A stretch of 64,000 nucleotides of DNA from Felis catus. Its lineage: Eukaryota. The DNA is taken from positions 164,488,001 through 164,552,000 of the forward strand of contig NC_058368.1 of NCBI RefSeq assembly GCF_018350175.1, in the 5' to 3' direction. Below, piece by piece: positions 39,545 through 52,693 of this stretch; positions within the stretch are counted from its first letter, which is position 1, and each line of letters opens with the position of its first letter. The notes under the pieces are model-generated. The model saw nothing but the letters and a program-made list of their open reading frames with translations. It did no database searches and was not told the DNA's origin. A program made the translations under genes and the position numbers.

Positions 39545-41348
39545 CAAATCCGTTATGTTTACATAGATTGTTGTTCTACATTACAAAATTGCATTCTTTA
39601 TGATTTGCTTGGCCACGCACACTTTACTATCCTGTGGCATTGGTGTGCTGTGTCTTTATGGATATCGTCAACCTGTGCTAATTGAAATGTTTATAAAATG
39701 CTGATTCTGAAATATTGCAGCTTAACAGTTCAATAGTTCTTTAATGGGCCCTCTGTTTTATTAATGAAATGATTTATAGAAATATTTAATCTCACTGATT
39801 TACCATTAGCATTAATGAGTCTAGTTATTAAGCACTCTATTTCCAAAGGCTGTGAAAACAGGTCTGGCAAGTGTGTGTAGTATTTTGCGATGAGTTATTT
39901 GTGCTGAGATAGAATCAATGCTGTGGGAAGCTTATTTCTCAAGTGGAACAGTGTTATTTATGAACATGTAACTTGATGACTCTTTTTGTAATTTTCATAC
40001 CATTGCTTTCTTATTTACAAGAAATTTAAAACCAATTATGAAAACCATCCCACAGATCTTTTAAAGACATTTAGATGATATATAAATATATTTTTTATAT
40101 TAATCAAACTAGGCTCTGGCAGTAAACCATTTGAAAATACTTAAACTGATCCTTGCAGAATACACAGATTTATTCTTTGTAGAAACCACATTTGTCGTTC
40201 CTGTTCTTAATCTGTATGGTAAATTTTTGAGATGACCATTCCTATTTATACAATCATCTTTAAATAGCAACAGAACCCCACAAAACACATTTGTGTCACT
40301 TAAGACCATTTTTTTCTGTTTTCATATTTAATATTTCATATTTTATGGACAGAATTTAGTTAGAAGATCTTAAGTATATTTATGTGACATCTCTTCAATA
40401 TATGATGTCACATTTTAGGTCCTTAAAATAAATGGATGTTTGAAGGTTTTTCCCTCCTGCCAATATGAAACAAAACTATTTTAATTACCAATTGGATATC
40501 AAAGAAAGTGATTTTTTAGGTTTCACCTTAAGCCTTTGATGCTCCTAGCAATGTTTTTGCCTCTTTGATATTTCAGTGGCTATTTTGATAACAAATTCAC
40601 TGAAATAAATGAAATTGGGAGGAGGAATAAGAATATGTCTTGAGGGAAAAAAAAGAATATGTCTGGAGGTATAGGCCATCAAAAATGAGGTCCCGAACTG
40701 TTCAATAGCTTGAAATGGCATCAAATGACTCTGCTACTGTTACTCGCTCCTTGTAGCTTGTAATGTTGATTTTGATATCAACATTAGTTCATAATTAGGA
40801 ACTGGCATGATCCAGTGATGTAAAATAACAGCATTATGTGTGTTAGCCCAATTAAGTGGTATATTTCCCCCTTTCTCTTGTTCTATTTTCTACTTGGAGC
40901 AGAATTTGTCTTTGTATTATTTGGCAGCATGTGGATATGATTTATGGTGAAGAGTTCGATGGATAACAAGAAACTGGGGGAATTTCTGAAAATCCCTCTT
41001 CTATCAGCTAGGCAAAACGTCCTTAACTTTTCTCCTACAAGTAAATTAATGGCAACCCATGATTTTATGGCACATTATAATTTCAAAGTTTTTATTTCTA
41101 TTTATAAAGGAATTTAGAAGAAAGATCTGTCTGATTCTTTGACTACACTTGGATGAATTGAGATATGATTCGGGTAATTTCAAGAGAAAACACCTGTACG
41201 TTTTCAAATTTGATTTTGTTTTTTAGTTATCTAAGCTCCTCAAATTAATGGAGTAATATAAATTTAGAATTGATATTTTGATAACATTATATACTGAATG
41301 TTCAAAACAAAGATGATTGAATATGTGAGTTAAAATCCACCTGAAGCA

Positions 41349-41560
41349 GGGGTGCCTGGGTGGCTCAGTTAGTTAAGCATACGACTTTGGCTCAGGTCAT
41401 GATCTTGTGGTTTGTGGGTTTTATCCCTGCATTGGGCTCTGTGCTTACAACTTGAAACCTGGAGCCTGCTTCAGATTCTGTGTCTCCCTTTCTCTGCCCC
41501 TCCTCTGCTTGTGCTGTTTCTCTCTGTCTCTCTCTCAAAAATAAACAAACATCAAGAAAA
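41349..41560 (+). mobile_element. Can-SINE
   Basis: ggggtgcctgggtggctcag head, (CT)n, A-rich tail. Confidence 0.92.
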
Positions 41561-42569
41561 ACAATCTGAAACAATCAAGGCTAAAGACTTTTAAATTGCC
41601 AGTAAGTTACTTTGCAAGGGGATCACAATATACTCAAAAATCTTAGAGGCCTTGTGTAATAAAAAATAATAATAATAATGAATATAATTCCTTTTCTTAA
41701 GATATTTATATTTTTTAGGAAGCCTTAAAAGAAAATATGAAATCTGAACAAATATAAACTAACATATGGCCTTTAGGAAACCATAAGAGAGAAAGATCTA
41801 TAATGTAGGATTGATACAAATTAGACTCTGGATAATACCAAGTCAGAATTTTTAGAAAACCTCAAATTATATCAATTAAGGAATGTATTGGTATAAGGTT
41901 TTTCAAATGAAATTTTTGACTTCTCTTTTTTCTACTTAAGCAGAGTGTAATCAAGAGTCCATGAAATTTGCTGCATATAAAATAGAGCAAAACTAATAAC
42001 TGAAATGAAAATAGAATAAATAGTAGAAATTTAAGATTATATTGCTTGTCTTTTTTTAATAGAAAGAAGTGTAGGTACATGATTTCTTATTCATATCTCT
42101 AAAATTTAAAGAGCTTCATAAAGGAAAACTTCTTAATAATTTATTTTGTTACAAATCCTGACCTGAAACAATGTAAGCCTATTTAGAGGTTTTTTTAATG
42201 CCACTTAATATAAATGTTTGTAAGTTTTGCTGATGAAACATTAATGTGTTATGTAATAAATAGTATATACACCTTATTATCTTTCTTAAATTTCAGTGAA
42301 TCCAAATTCTGACACATTTTCCCCAAGAATTTCATGTGAGATAACTTGAATTTAATTCAAGTTTAATGCCTTATGTTAATAAAAATGCCCACCTTGCATC
42401 TGTTTTTTCTCAACATTACTTTTTATTACCTGTAAGGGATTGTGATTGTGAATCTGGGCATCACGACAGGGGTTAAAAGCAGTAGAAGACTGATATAGTT
42501 AGCTTGTGCCTTTTAAGGGATATGTTTTCTTTTCTTTTATTATTTTTTTTCTTTTAAAGAAAATAAAAT

Positions 42570-42810
42570 GTAGTGTTTCAGAACATAGACTTTAGAGGCA
42601 GAATGACTTGGGTTTGGATACCTCTGCCTTACTTGCTTTTTGACTTTGGACAAGTCATTTTGATTTTCTAAATCTCTACTATCCTTTCTGTGAAACAGGG
42701 ATGAAAACAAAATTATATACCTGTAGAGTTTATATAAAAACAATGAAGTATTGCATGGAGAGAATTTAGGCCAATGCCTGGTTTATATTGCATTTAATAA
42801 TTAGCTATCA
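42570..42810 (+). mobile_element. MIR
   Basis: agactttagaggcaga...tgactttggacaagtcattt...ctgtgaaacaggg. Confidence 0.7.
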
Positions 42811-43309
42811 TGATGAAAAATAGATCTGGTCTAATGTTAAAATATGAAGGGAGGAATAAGAAAAAGTTTATTTTAATGCATCCAGCATCAATAGGATTAC
42901 TGGACACTGGATACTGGATAGTCTCTAAAGCTATTTTCTAAAATAGATATTTTTATGATTGTTTTCTGAAACAAAAATCTGATCTCTAACCTTTTAACCT
43001 GTGGTAATCATGCTTAAATTTTTAAACATGTCTTAAGTTAGCTCATTTGGGGAGCACAAAGAGGTGATATGATGAACAACATCTACTGTTGAGTAAGATT
43101 GCAAGTTGCATAGGATTCAGAACACAGTTGTAGTTTTCAGTCCACAAACTTCAAAGGCCACAAATTCTTCCAAATCCCTGATTGTGTTTAAACTAAGTTA
43201 CAGTGTAAGTGGCTGATTCTTGTCACAACTTGTCACAACTCTCATTGAGAAAAATCAAGTGAAAATTATGAGAAACAAATCACTTGCAGAGTAATTTATT
43301 CATAGATAT

Positions 43310-43470
43310 TTTGAACCTAGGAAGACCATATAGAATTAGATAATGTAATGCAACCATCACTTTATTTTATATAGTGGAGAACAAGAACCAAAGAGGCTAA
43401 TTTGTTTGTCTAATATGACACAGGTAATAAGTAGCAGAAATAAGCCTGGAATTAGTTTTCTAAACCAGTT
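43310..43470 (-). mobile_element. MIR-like relic
   Basis: ttattttatatagtggagaacaagaaccaaagaggctaatttgtttgtctaatatgacacag. Confidence 0.55.
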
Positions 43471-43764
43471 TTTCACCCTTTTCATAGTAAAACTCAGAAG
43501 TGTATTATTTCAAAAAAAGTGTGCAAATTATAGACTCTTCTGTATGAGCAGAAAGACAGTGTGGCATTTTAAGAAAAAAATAAATATTATTATGTGATAG
43601 ATGGGGCAATTTTTTATTGTAGCTCTTGTGATAGCATATATCTTTGCATATAAATATACTTCATCATGCTAGAATCCACTGACAGTGTTTCATGTGGAAA
43701 CACATTTGGTCAACTTGCTTTATGTCTCAGACAGCTTTTATCAATCAAAAGAAGAAAAATAATT

Positions 43765-43987
43765 AAAAAAAATTTTTTTTCAACATTTACTTATTTTTGG
43801 GACAGAGAGAGACAGAGCATGAATGGGGGAGGGGCAGAGAGAGAGAGAGGGAGACACAGAATCGGAAACAGGCTCCAGGCTCTGAGCCATCAGCCCAGAG
43901 CCTGACGTGGGGCTCGAACTCACGGACCGCGAGATCGTGACCTGGCTGAAGTCGGACGCTTAACCGACTGCGCCACCCAGGCGCCCC
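43765..43987 (-). mobile_element. Young felid Can-SINE
   Basis: Cat-type head (gtcggacgcttaaccgactgcgccacccaggcgcccc) with CpGs intact. Confidence 0.95.
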
Positions 43988-43999
43988 ACAAAAATAATT

Positions 44000-44198
44000 T
44001 TTTAATGTTTATTTATTTATTTTTGAGAGAGAAAAAGAGAGTGTACGAGCTGGAGTGGGGCAGAGACAGAGGGAGGAAGAGAATCCAGCAGGGTATGCAC
44101 TGACGATGACGTGAGGCCCGAAAGCACAACTGTGAGATCATGACTTGAGCCAAAACCAAGAGTCGGATGCTTAAACAACTGAGCCACCCTTGTGCCCC
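44000..44198 (-). mobile_element. Can-SINE (older)
   Basis: Diverged body; TSD acaaaaataat at 43988-43998 and 44200-44210. Confidence 0.92.
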
Positions 44199-44544
44199 GA
44201 CAAAAATAATCTATCAACACCAAAATACAGATTCTTAAAAAGGATGAAATTGGAAACATGAAAGGTGTAGGTTTTGAACATACATGACTAATAAAAATTC
44301 CAAGGCTAAGACAGTATTAGGAATTATAAAAAAAGTCAAATCTATATTTCCTTATTGGGTAAGAATTTATATTTATTTATGATTCTTTTATAATCTTGTT
44401 TGTTTAACTTACTGTGTAAATGGCTATTTTAAAAACAGATTTTATATTTTTTGTCATTAATTTAGTGAATTCCAAGGAAGATCCAATACACACATAAACA
44501 CACATACACAATTGTAGATACTATTCGACTTGAACTTATTTTTA

Positions 44545-44769
44545 TTTATCTATTGTTTTAATGTTTATTTATTTTTTAGAGACAGAGAGAGATAGAGCAT
44601 GAGTGGGGGAGGAGCAGAGAGAGAGGGAGACACAGAATCTGAAGCAGGATCTGGGCTCTGAGCTGTCAGCACAGAGCCTGATGTGAGGCTCGAACCCAGA
44701 GACTGCGAGATCATGACCTAAGCTGAGGTTAGATGCTTAGCTTAACTGACTGAGCCACCCAGGTGCCTC
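44545..44769 (-). mobile_element. Can-SINE
   Basis: TSD cttgaacttattttta at 44529-44544 and 44772-44787. Confidence 0.94.
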
Positions 44770-46537
44770 AGCTTGAACTTATTTTTAACGTTGTTGTTAA
44801 TATTAGGTTGTTAAATGTGCTCTTATTGTCTTGGGAGTGTTTCAGATGACTCCAAAGGAAACTCAGATGACTTACGATTATAAAGTATTTATTCCCCTTT
44901 CTAGTCATCAGAGCTTGAGAAAGTTAAATGATAAGCCTAAACCATAGTTTTCTTGTCTCAAAAATGGGAATAATACAACATGTATCTCTGGTGATTGTTG
45001 TGGGGATCAAATGTGACAGGAAATAAAAAAAGTATATGCTCAGTATGTACTAAATATTATCACTGTCCTTATCAACTTAAATGTGTAAGTTCTATAAGTT
45101 ATGTCAATTAGACTTAAGGATGAATTGAATTTTTGTTGATGAGTTGGCAAATTCAACATTTCTGGCGGACAATTTGAGAAAATATATCAAGTCCCTTAAA
45201 TATTTTTATGCCATTTACCTTTTAAGAATTTATTAAAGTTTTTTATATTAAATTTATGAGTATACTCAAAAAGAATTTGTAAAATACTATTCCACAAGTG
45301 TTCTTTATAAAAATTAAATAACATATGGTATTTATATTTTGAAGCTACTAAAAACTTCTTAAACTGATTGACGAAAGAACAAAATAACTGATATTTACTG
45401 GATCATAATTCTAATTATAGGACTCTACTCCAAATATTTAATAAAAAAAACTGTGCTATTATATACTTATATAAAAATGCCCAATGGAGCACTTTTGTAA
45501 TTATTAAAAATGTGGGTATGTAAAAATTTATATAAAAAACTTCTGAATGCCTTCCTCACAGTCATCACTACAAAATATATAGCAGGAGAAAACATTAACT
45601 TGAAGTGCTGAGCCAAACCAAACCAAACCACAGAAATACTATAGCAAATCTGAATGCTGTCATGACTGTGTGTGTGTGTGTGTTTCTGTGTGTGTGTCTG
45701 TGTGCATGTGTGTGTAGAAAATGGGTGGTGCCTGACGCATGAGATGGAGTTTAGTCAGAGAACTGGTTACAGGAATTGTTTTTAAGGTGTGATTTTTTTT
45801 CGTGGTTAACATTGATCACCTGCTTTTTCACAAAGACATTTGCACAGCATAGTTACCTATTGCAATAGTAACTAGGTGACTGATCTACTACCATGGGTGT
45901 TCTCTCCTCCACCTCAGCCCCTTCAAAACCTTAGGGCTGGTTGTAGGCAGGCTATTTCTCCAAGGTTGCTATTTTTTGAAGATGTAAAACCCATGTAACT
46001 TGATTAGTGTGATTGCCTGGTAGAGCTGTCTGAAAGGAAAAGATCAACAGTGGTTTTTGTCTCAATAATGTTTTTTATCCCTTTGGGGTTCTCCATCTTA
46101 GAACACATGGGGATATCCTCATATTCTTTGGCATTTCTTTATTGCACATTACCAGATAGAATAGGTGATACCCTCTGGAGAAAATGAGTTTACATGTAAA
46201 ATAACATATATAAAGGAGGAATGTGAAAGAAAGGAATACATACATCATCTTTAAATAGTGCTTTTCCCTGATTGTTGTATTATGGGTGATTTTGTTTCAT
46301 TGTATTTTTTTAGTGTTTTCTACATTTTCAGCCAAAAGTACAACATGACTGCCTAGTTTATATTATCATACTAAGAAATATATATACTATTTTAAATAAT
46401 ATTTGATTTATTCATCTAGAGGATTCACAGAATTCCACATTTATGAATAAGTTTTCATCATTGTTTCCTAATCTCCTTTAAAAGTTCTTATTTTTCTTTC
46501 CATGTTTGAATGTCATGTTTTAAAAGTAGTAAAAGAT

Positions 46538-46748
46538 GGGTGCCTGGGTGGCTCAATCGGTTGAGTCCAACTCTTGGTTTTGGGTCATGTCATGATCTCA
46601 TGGTTTGTAAGTTAGAGTCCCACATAGGGCTCTGTACTGACAGGATGGAACCTGCTTGGGATTCTCTCTCTCTCCCTCTCATTCTGCCCCTCCCCTGCTC
46701 ACACACTCTCTCCTTCTCTGAAAATAAATGAATAAACTTTAAAAAAAA
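46538..46748 (+). mobile_element. Can-SINE
   Basis: Typical head and tail; degenerate TSD aagt(a/t)gtaaaag. Confidence 0.9.
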
Positions 46749-46764
46749 GAAGTTGTAAAAGGTG

Positions 46765-47480
46765 TCATATTGAATTGGGCAGTCCCCACGATGACCTTCC
46801 ATTGAATAATTGTCTAAATCTGTTAAGAGTTTTCTTCCTGAAAAAGTAAATCATACCTAGGATATAAGGATGATTCTTTTAATGAATTACCATGTTTAGA
46901 CATGGATAAGATGAAGGAGTTCAGGAGAAAAATACAGGAATGATTTGCTAGAAGCACTTAAAGAACTCATGGAAGCTGTTAAACTGATGGGTATGATTTA
47001 TTTCAGTAAAAGGGTCCAGATTAAGATCGCAAAGGTAAAAGGCACATAGGGCAGAGTCCAGAGGGAACAGATGCAGGCTTCCAGTTATCTTCCCTCAATT
47101 GGAGTCTTACAGATAAGGCTTAATTCTTTTAGTGACAGTGTGTGACAATACACACAGAGTATTGAGGTTGAGCTTCCCATCAACTGAGAACCTTAGTGTC
47201 CAGGATTTTTACTGGGCATTGTTCAATAGACAGGACTGACTGCCCACCTGGCTGATCTTAGTTACTTAATGTCTAACCCCTCTAGATAGAACACTGATAG
47301 TGCATGGTCCATGGCTGCCACAATAAATCACATTGTTAGTATAAAATAACTGGATGGCCCAAGTACTCAGGTAAACAAAGGCATATTATTACAAAGGATA
47401 TTCTAAGAGCTAAGATTATCTCCCAGGAGCTAAGCAAGGTTAAACCTTTCTGTGAATATTCAGGGTTTGCACAAGTAAAT
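46765..47480. mobile_element. MER21-like LTR
   Basis: gatttgctagaagcacttaaagaactca...cagattaagatcgcaaaggtaaaaggcacatagggcagagtccag resembles MER21 LTRs. Confidence 0.65.
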
Positions 47481-47606
47481 TTTCCTTTGTTTGACTTGTG
47501 TTTCCAGTAGGGATGAACGAAGGAGTGGGAAGTTACATTCAAAGTCAGTGGGATTGTTTGTACCAATAAATAAAATCTAAAAGGTTTAACTTTTAATATT
47601 ACATGA

Positions 47607-47695
47607 GAGACAGTATGGAATAAAAAGAGGACTGGTTTTGGATACACGGTGCCTAGGTTTATACATGTGCTCTACTATCCAACTAGTCATGTGAC
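47607..47695 (+). mobile_element. MIR, 5' half (split by the full-length L1)
   Basis: Resembles the MIR head up to ...aactagtcatgtgac (consensus-like ctagctgtgtgac). Confidence 0.6.
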
Positions 47696-47930
47696 TTTTT
47701 TTTTCAATATATGAAATTTATTGTCAAATTAGTTTCCATACAACACCCAGTGCTCATCCCAAAAGGTGCCCTCCTCAATACCCATCAGCCACCCTCTGCT
47801 CCCTATCACCCCCGATCAACCCTCAGTTTGTTCTCAGTTTTTAAGAGTCTCTTATGCTTTGCTCTCTCCCACTCTAACCTCTTTTTTTTTTTTGTTCCTT
47901 CCCCTCCCCCATGGGTTTCTGTTAAGTTTC

Positions 47931-50900
47931 TCAGGATCCACATAAGAGTGAAAACATATGGTATCTGTCTTTCTCTGTATGGCTTATTTCACTTAGTGTC
48001 ACACTCTCCACTTCCATCCACGTTGCTACAAAGGGCCATATTTCGTTCTTTCTCATTGCCACGTAGTACTCCATTGTGTATATAAACCACATTTCTTTAT
48101 CCATTCATCAGTTGATGGACATTTAGGCTCTTTCCATAATTTGGCTATTGTTGAGAGTGCTGCTATAAACATTGGGGTACAAGTGGCCCTATGCATCAGT
48201 ACTCCTGTATCCCTTGGGTAAATTCCTAGCAGTGCTATTGCTGGGTCATAGGGTACGTCTATTTTTAATTTTCTGAGGAACCTCCACACTGTTTTCCAAG
48301 TGGCTGCATCAGTTTGCATTCCCACCAACAGTGCAAGAGGGTTCCCGTTTCTCCACATCCTCTGCAGCATCTAGAGTCTCCTGATTTGTTCATTTTGGCC
48401 ACTCTGACTGGCATGAGGTGATATCTGAGTGTGGTTTTGATTTGTATTTCCCTGATAAGGAGCGACGTTCAGCAACTTTTCATGTGCCTGTTGGCCATCC
48501 GGATGTCTTCTTTAGAGAAGTGTCTATTCATGTTTTCTGCCCACTTCTTCACTGGGTTATTTGTTTTTTGGGTGTGGAGTTTGGTGAGCTCTTTATAGAT
48601 TTTGGATACTAGCCCTTTGTCCGATATGTCATTTGCAAATATCTTTTCCCATTCCGTTGGTTGCCTTTTCGTTTTGTTGGTTGTTTCCTTTGCTGTGCAG
48701 AAACTTTTTATCTTCATAAGGTCCCAGGATTGATTTTTGCTTTTAATTCCCTTGCCTTTGGGGATGTGTCTAGTAAGAGATTGCTACGGCTGAGGTCAGA
48801 GAGGTCTTTTCCTGCTTTCTCCTCTAGGGATTTGATGGTTTCCTGTCTCACATTCAGGCCCTTTATCCATTTTGAGTTTATTTTTGTGAATGGTGTGAGA
48901 AAGTGGTCTAGTCTCAACCTTCTGCATGTTGCTGTCCAGTTCTCCCAGCACCATTGGTTAAAAAGACTGTCTTTTTTCCATTGGATGTTCTTTCCTGCTT
49001 TGTCAAAGATGAGTTGGCCATATGTTTGTGGGTCTAGTTCTGGGGTTTCTATTCTATTCCATTGGTCTATGTGTCTGTTTTTGTGCCAATACCATGCTGT
49101 CTTGATGATGACAGCTTTGTAGTAGAGGCTAAAGTCTGGGATTGTGATGCCTCCTGCTTTGGTCTTCTTCTTCAAAATTACTTTGGCTATTCGGGGCCTT
49201 TTGTGGTTCCATAGGAATTTTAGGATTGCTTGTTCTAGTTTTGAGAAGAATGCTGGTGCAATTTTGATTGGGATTGCATTGAATGTGTAGATAGCTTTGG
49301 GTAGTATTGACATTTTGACAATATTTATTCTTCCAATCCATGAGCGGGGAATGTCTTTCCATTTCTTTATATCTTCTTCAATTACCTTCATAAGCTTTCT
49401 ATAGTTTTCAGCATACAGATCTTTTACATCTTTGGTTAGATTTATGCCTAGGTATTTTATGCTTCTTGGTGCAATTGTGAATGGGATCAGTTTCTTTATT
49501 TGTCTTTCTGTTGCTTCATTGTTAGTGTCTAAGAATGCAACTGATTTCTGTACATTGATTTTGTATCCTGCAACTTTGCTGAATTCATGTATCAGTTCTA
49601 GCAGACTTTTGGTGGAGTCTATCGGATTTTCCATGTACAGTATCATGTCATCTGCAAAAAGTGAAAGCTTGACTTCATCTTTGCCAGTTTTGATGGCTTT
49701 GATTTCCTTTTGTTGTCTGATTGCTGATGCTAGAACTTCCAACACTATGTTAAACAACAGCGGTGAGAGTGGGCATCCCTGTCGTGTTCCTGATCTCAGG
49801 GAAAAAGCTCTCAGTTTTTCCCTATTGAGGATAATGTTAGCTGTGGGCTTTTCATAAATGGCTTTTATGATCTTTAAGTATGTTCCTTCTATCCCGACTT
49901 TCTCAAGCGTTTTTATTAAGAAAGGGTGCTGAATTTTGTCAAAGGCCTTTTCTGCATCGATTGACAGGATTATATGGTTCTTTTCTTTTCTTTTATTAAT
50001 GTGATGTATCACATTGATTGATTTGCAAATGTTGAACCAGCCCTGCATCCCAGGAATGAATCCCACTTGATCATGGTGAATAATTCTTTTTATATGCCAT
50101 TGAATTCGATTTGCTAGTATCTTATTAAGAATTTTTGCATCCATATTCATCAGGGATATTGGCCTGTAGTTCTCTTTTTTTACTGGGTGTCTGTCTGGTT
50201 TAGGAATCAGAGTAATACTGGCTTCATAGAATGAGTCTGGCAGTTTTCCTTCCCTTTCTGTTTCTTGGAATAGCTTGAGAAGGATAGGTATTATCTCTGC
50301 TTTAAACGTCTGGTAGAACTCCCCTGGGAAGCCATCTGGTCCTGGACTCTTATTTGTTGGGAGATTTTTGATAACCGATTCAATTTATTCGCTGGTTATG
50401 GGTCTGTTCAAGCTTTCTATTTCCTCCTGATTGAGTTTTGGAAGAGTGTGGGTGTTTAGGAATTTGTCCATTTCTTCCAGGTTGTCCAATTTGTTGGCAT
50501 ATAATTTTTCATAGTATTCCCTGACAATTGTTTGTATCTCTGAGGGATTGGTTGTAATAATTCCATTTTCATTCATGATTTTATCTATTTGGGTCATCTC
50601 CCTTTTCTTTTTGAGAAGCCTGGCTAGAGGTTTGTCAATTTTGTTTATTTTTTCAAAAAACCAACTCTTGGTTTCATTGATCTGCTCTACCATTTTTTTA
50701 GATTCTATATTGTTTATTTCTGCTCTGATCTTTATGATTTCTCTTCTTCTGCTGGGTTTAGGCTGCCTTTGCTGTTCTGCTTCTAGTTCCTTTAGGTGTG
50801 CTGTTAGATTTTGTATTTGGGATTTTTCTTGTTTCTTGAGATAGGCCTGGATTGCAGTGTATTTTCCTCTCAGGACTGCCTTCGCTGCATCCCAAAGCAT

Positions 50901-51749
50901 TTGGATTGTTATATTTTCATTTTCATTTGTTTCCATATATTTTTTAATTTCTTCTCTAATTGCCTGGTTGACCCACTCATTCTTTAGTAGGGTGTTCTTT
51001 AACCTACATGCTTTTGGAGGTTTTCCAGACTTTTTCCTGTGGTTGATTTCAAGCTTCATAGCATTGTGGTCTGAAAGTATGCATGGTATAATTTCAATTC
51101 TTGTATACTTATGAAGGGCTGTTTTGTGACCCAGTATATAATCTATCTTGGAGAATGTTCCATGTGCACTCGAGAAGAAAGTATATTCTGTTGCTTTGGG
51201 ATATACAGTTCTAAATATATCTGTCAAGCCCATCAGATCCAATGTCTCATTCAGGGCCCTTGTTTCTTTATTGACCGTGTGTCTAGATGATCTATCCATT
51301 TTTGTAAGTGGAGTGTTAAAGTCCTCTGCAATTACCACATTCTTAATAAGGTTGCTTATGTTTATGAGTAATTGTTTTATATATTTGGGGGCTCCGGTAT
51401 TTGGTGCATAGACATTTATAATTGTTAGCTCTTCCTGATGGAAAGACCCTGTGATTATTATATAATGCCCTTCTTCATCTCTTGTTACAGCCTTTAATTT
51501 AAAGTCTAGTTTGTCTGATATAAGTATGGCTACTCCAGCTTTCTTTTGGCTTCCAGTCTCATGATAAATAGTTCTCCATCCCCTCAGTCTCAATCTAAAG
51601 GTGTCCTCAGGTCTAAAATGAGTCTCTTGTAGTCCGCAAATAGATGGGTCTTGTTTTTTTATCCATTGTGATACCCTATGTCTTTTGGTCAGCACACTTA
51701 ATCCATTTACATTCAGTGTTATTATAGAAAGATACGGGTTTAGAGTCAT
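47931..51749 (-). pseudogene. L1 ORF2 (APE endonuclease, reverse transcriptase, Cys-rich domain), disrupted
   Basis: Starts [16 protein letters not shown] at 51749; EN motifs QETH, DFN, SDH; RT motifs [12 protein letters not shown]. Nonsense codons at 50385-50387 and 48469-48471; frameshifts near 48725, 48298 and 48090. Confidence 0.95.
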
Positions 51750-51799
51750 TGTGATGTCTGTATGTTTTATGCTTGTAGCGATGTCTCTGGGACTTTGTC

Positions 51800-52693
51800 T
51801 CACAGGATCCCCCTTAGGATCTCTTGTAGGGCTGGTTTAGTGGTGACAAATTCCTTCAGTTTTTGTTTGTTTGGGAAGACCTTTATCTCTCCTTCTATTC
51901 TAAATGACAGACTTGCTGGATAAAGGATTCTCGGCTGCATATTTTTTCTGTTCAACACATTGAAGATCTCGTGCCATTCCTTTCTGGCCTGCCAAGTTTC
52001 AAAAGAGAGATCAGTCACGAGTCTTATAGGTCTCCCTTTATATGTGAGGGCACGTTTATCCCTTGCTGCTTTCAGAATTTTCTCTTTATCTTTGTATTTT
52101 GCCAGTTTCACTATGATATGTCGTGCAGAAGATCGATTCAAGTTACGTCTGAAGGGAGTTCTCTGTGCCTCTTGGATTTCAATGCCTTTTTCCCTCCCCA
52201 GTTCAGGGAAGTTCTCAGCTATAATTTCTTCAAGTACCCCTTCAGCACCTTTCCCTCTCTCTTCCTCCTCTGGGATACCAATTATGCGTATATTATTTCT
52301 TGTTAGTGTATCACTTAGTTCTCTAATTTTCCCCTCATACTCCTGGATTTTTTTATCTCTCTTTCTCTCAGCTTCCTCTTTTTCCATAACTTTATCTTCT
52401 AGTTCACCTATTCTCTCCTCTGCCTCTTCAATTTGAGCTGTGGTGGTTTCCATTTTGTTTTGCATTTCGTTTAAAGCGCTTTTCAGCTCCTTGTGACTGT
52501 TCCTTAGTCCCTTGATCTCTGTAGCAAGAGATTCTCTGCTGTCCTGTATACTGTTTTCAAGCCCAGTGAATAATTTTATGACTATTATTCTAAATTCACT
52601 TTCTGTTATATTATTTAAATCCTTTTTGATCAGTTCATTAGCTGTTGTTATTTCCTGGAGATTCTTCTGAGGGGAATTCTTCCGCTTGGTCAT
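51800..52693 (-). CDS. L1 ORF1p (RNA-binding, coiled-coil/RRM/CTD), uninterrupted, 297 aa from [10 protein letters not shown]
   Basis: ORF track 51800..52732; first ATG at 52693. Motifs [38 protein letters not shown]. Confidence 0.93.
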   Translation of the reverse strand: MTKRKNSPQKNLQEITTANELIKKDLNNITESEFRIIVIKLFTGLENSIQDSRESLATEIKGLRNSHKELKSALNEMQNKMETTTAQIEEAEERIGELEDKVMEKEEAERKRDKKIQEYEGKIRELSDTLTRNNIRIIGIPEEEERGKGAEGVLEEIIAENFPELGREKGIEIQEAQRTPFRRNLNRSSARHIIVKLAKYKDKEKILKAARDKRALTYKGRPIRLVTDLSFETWQARKEWHEIFNVLNRKNMQPRILYPASLSFRIEGEIKVFPNKQKLKEFVTTKPALQEILRGIL

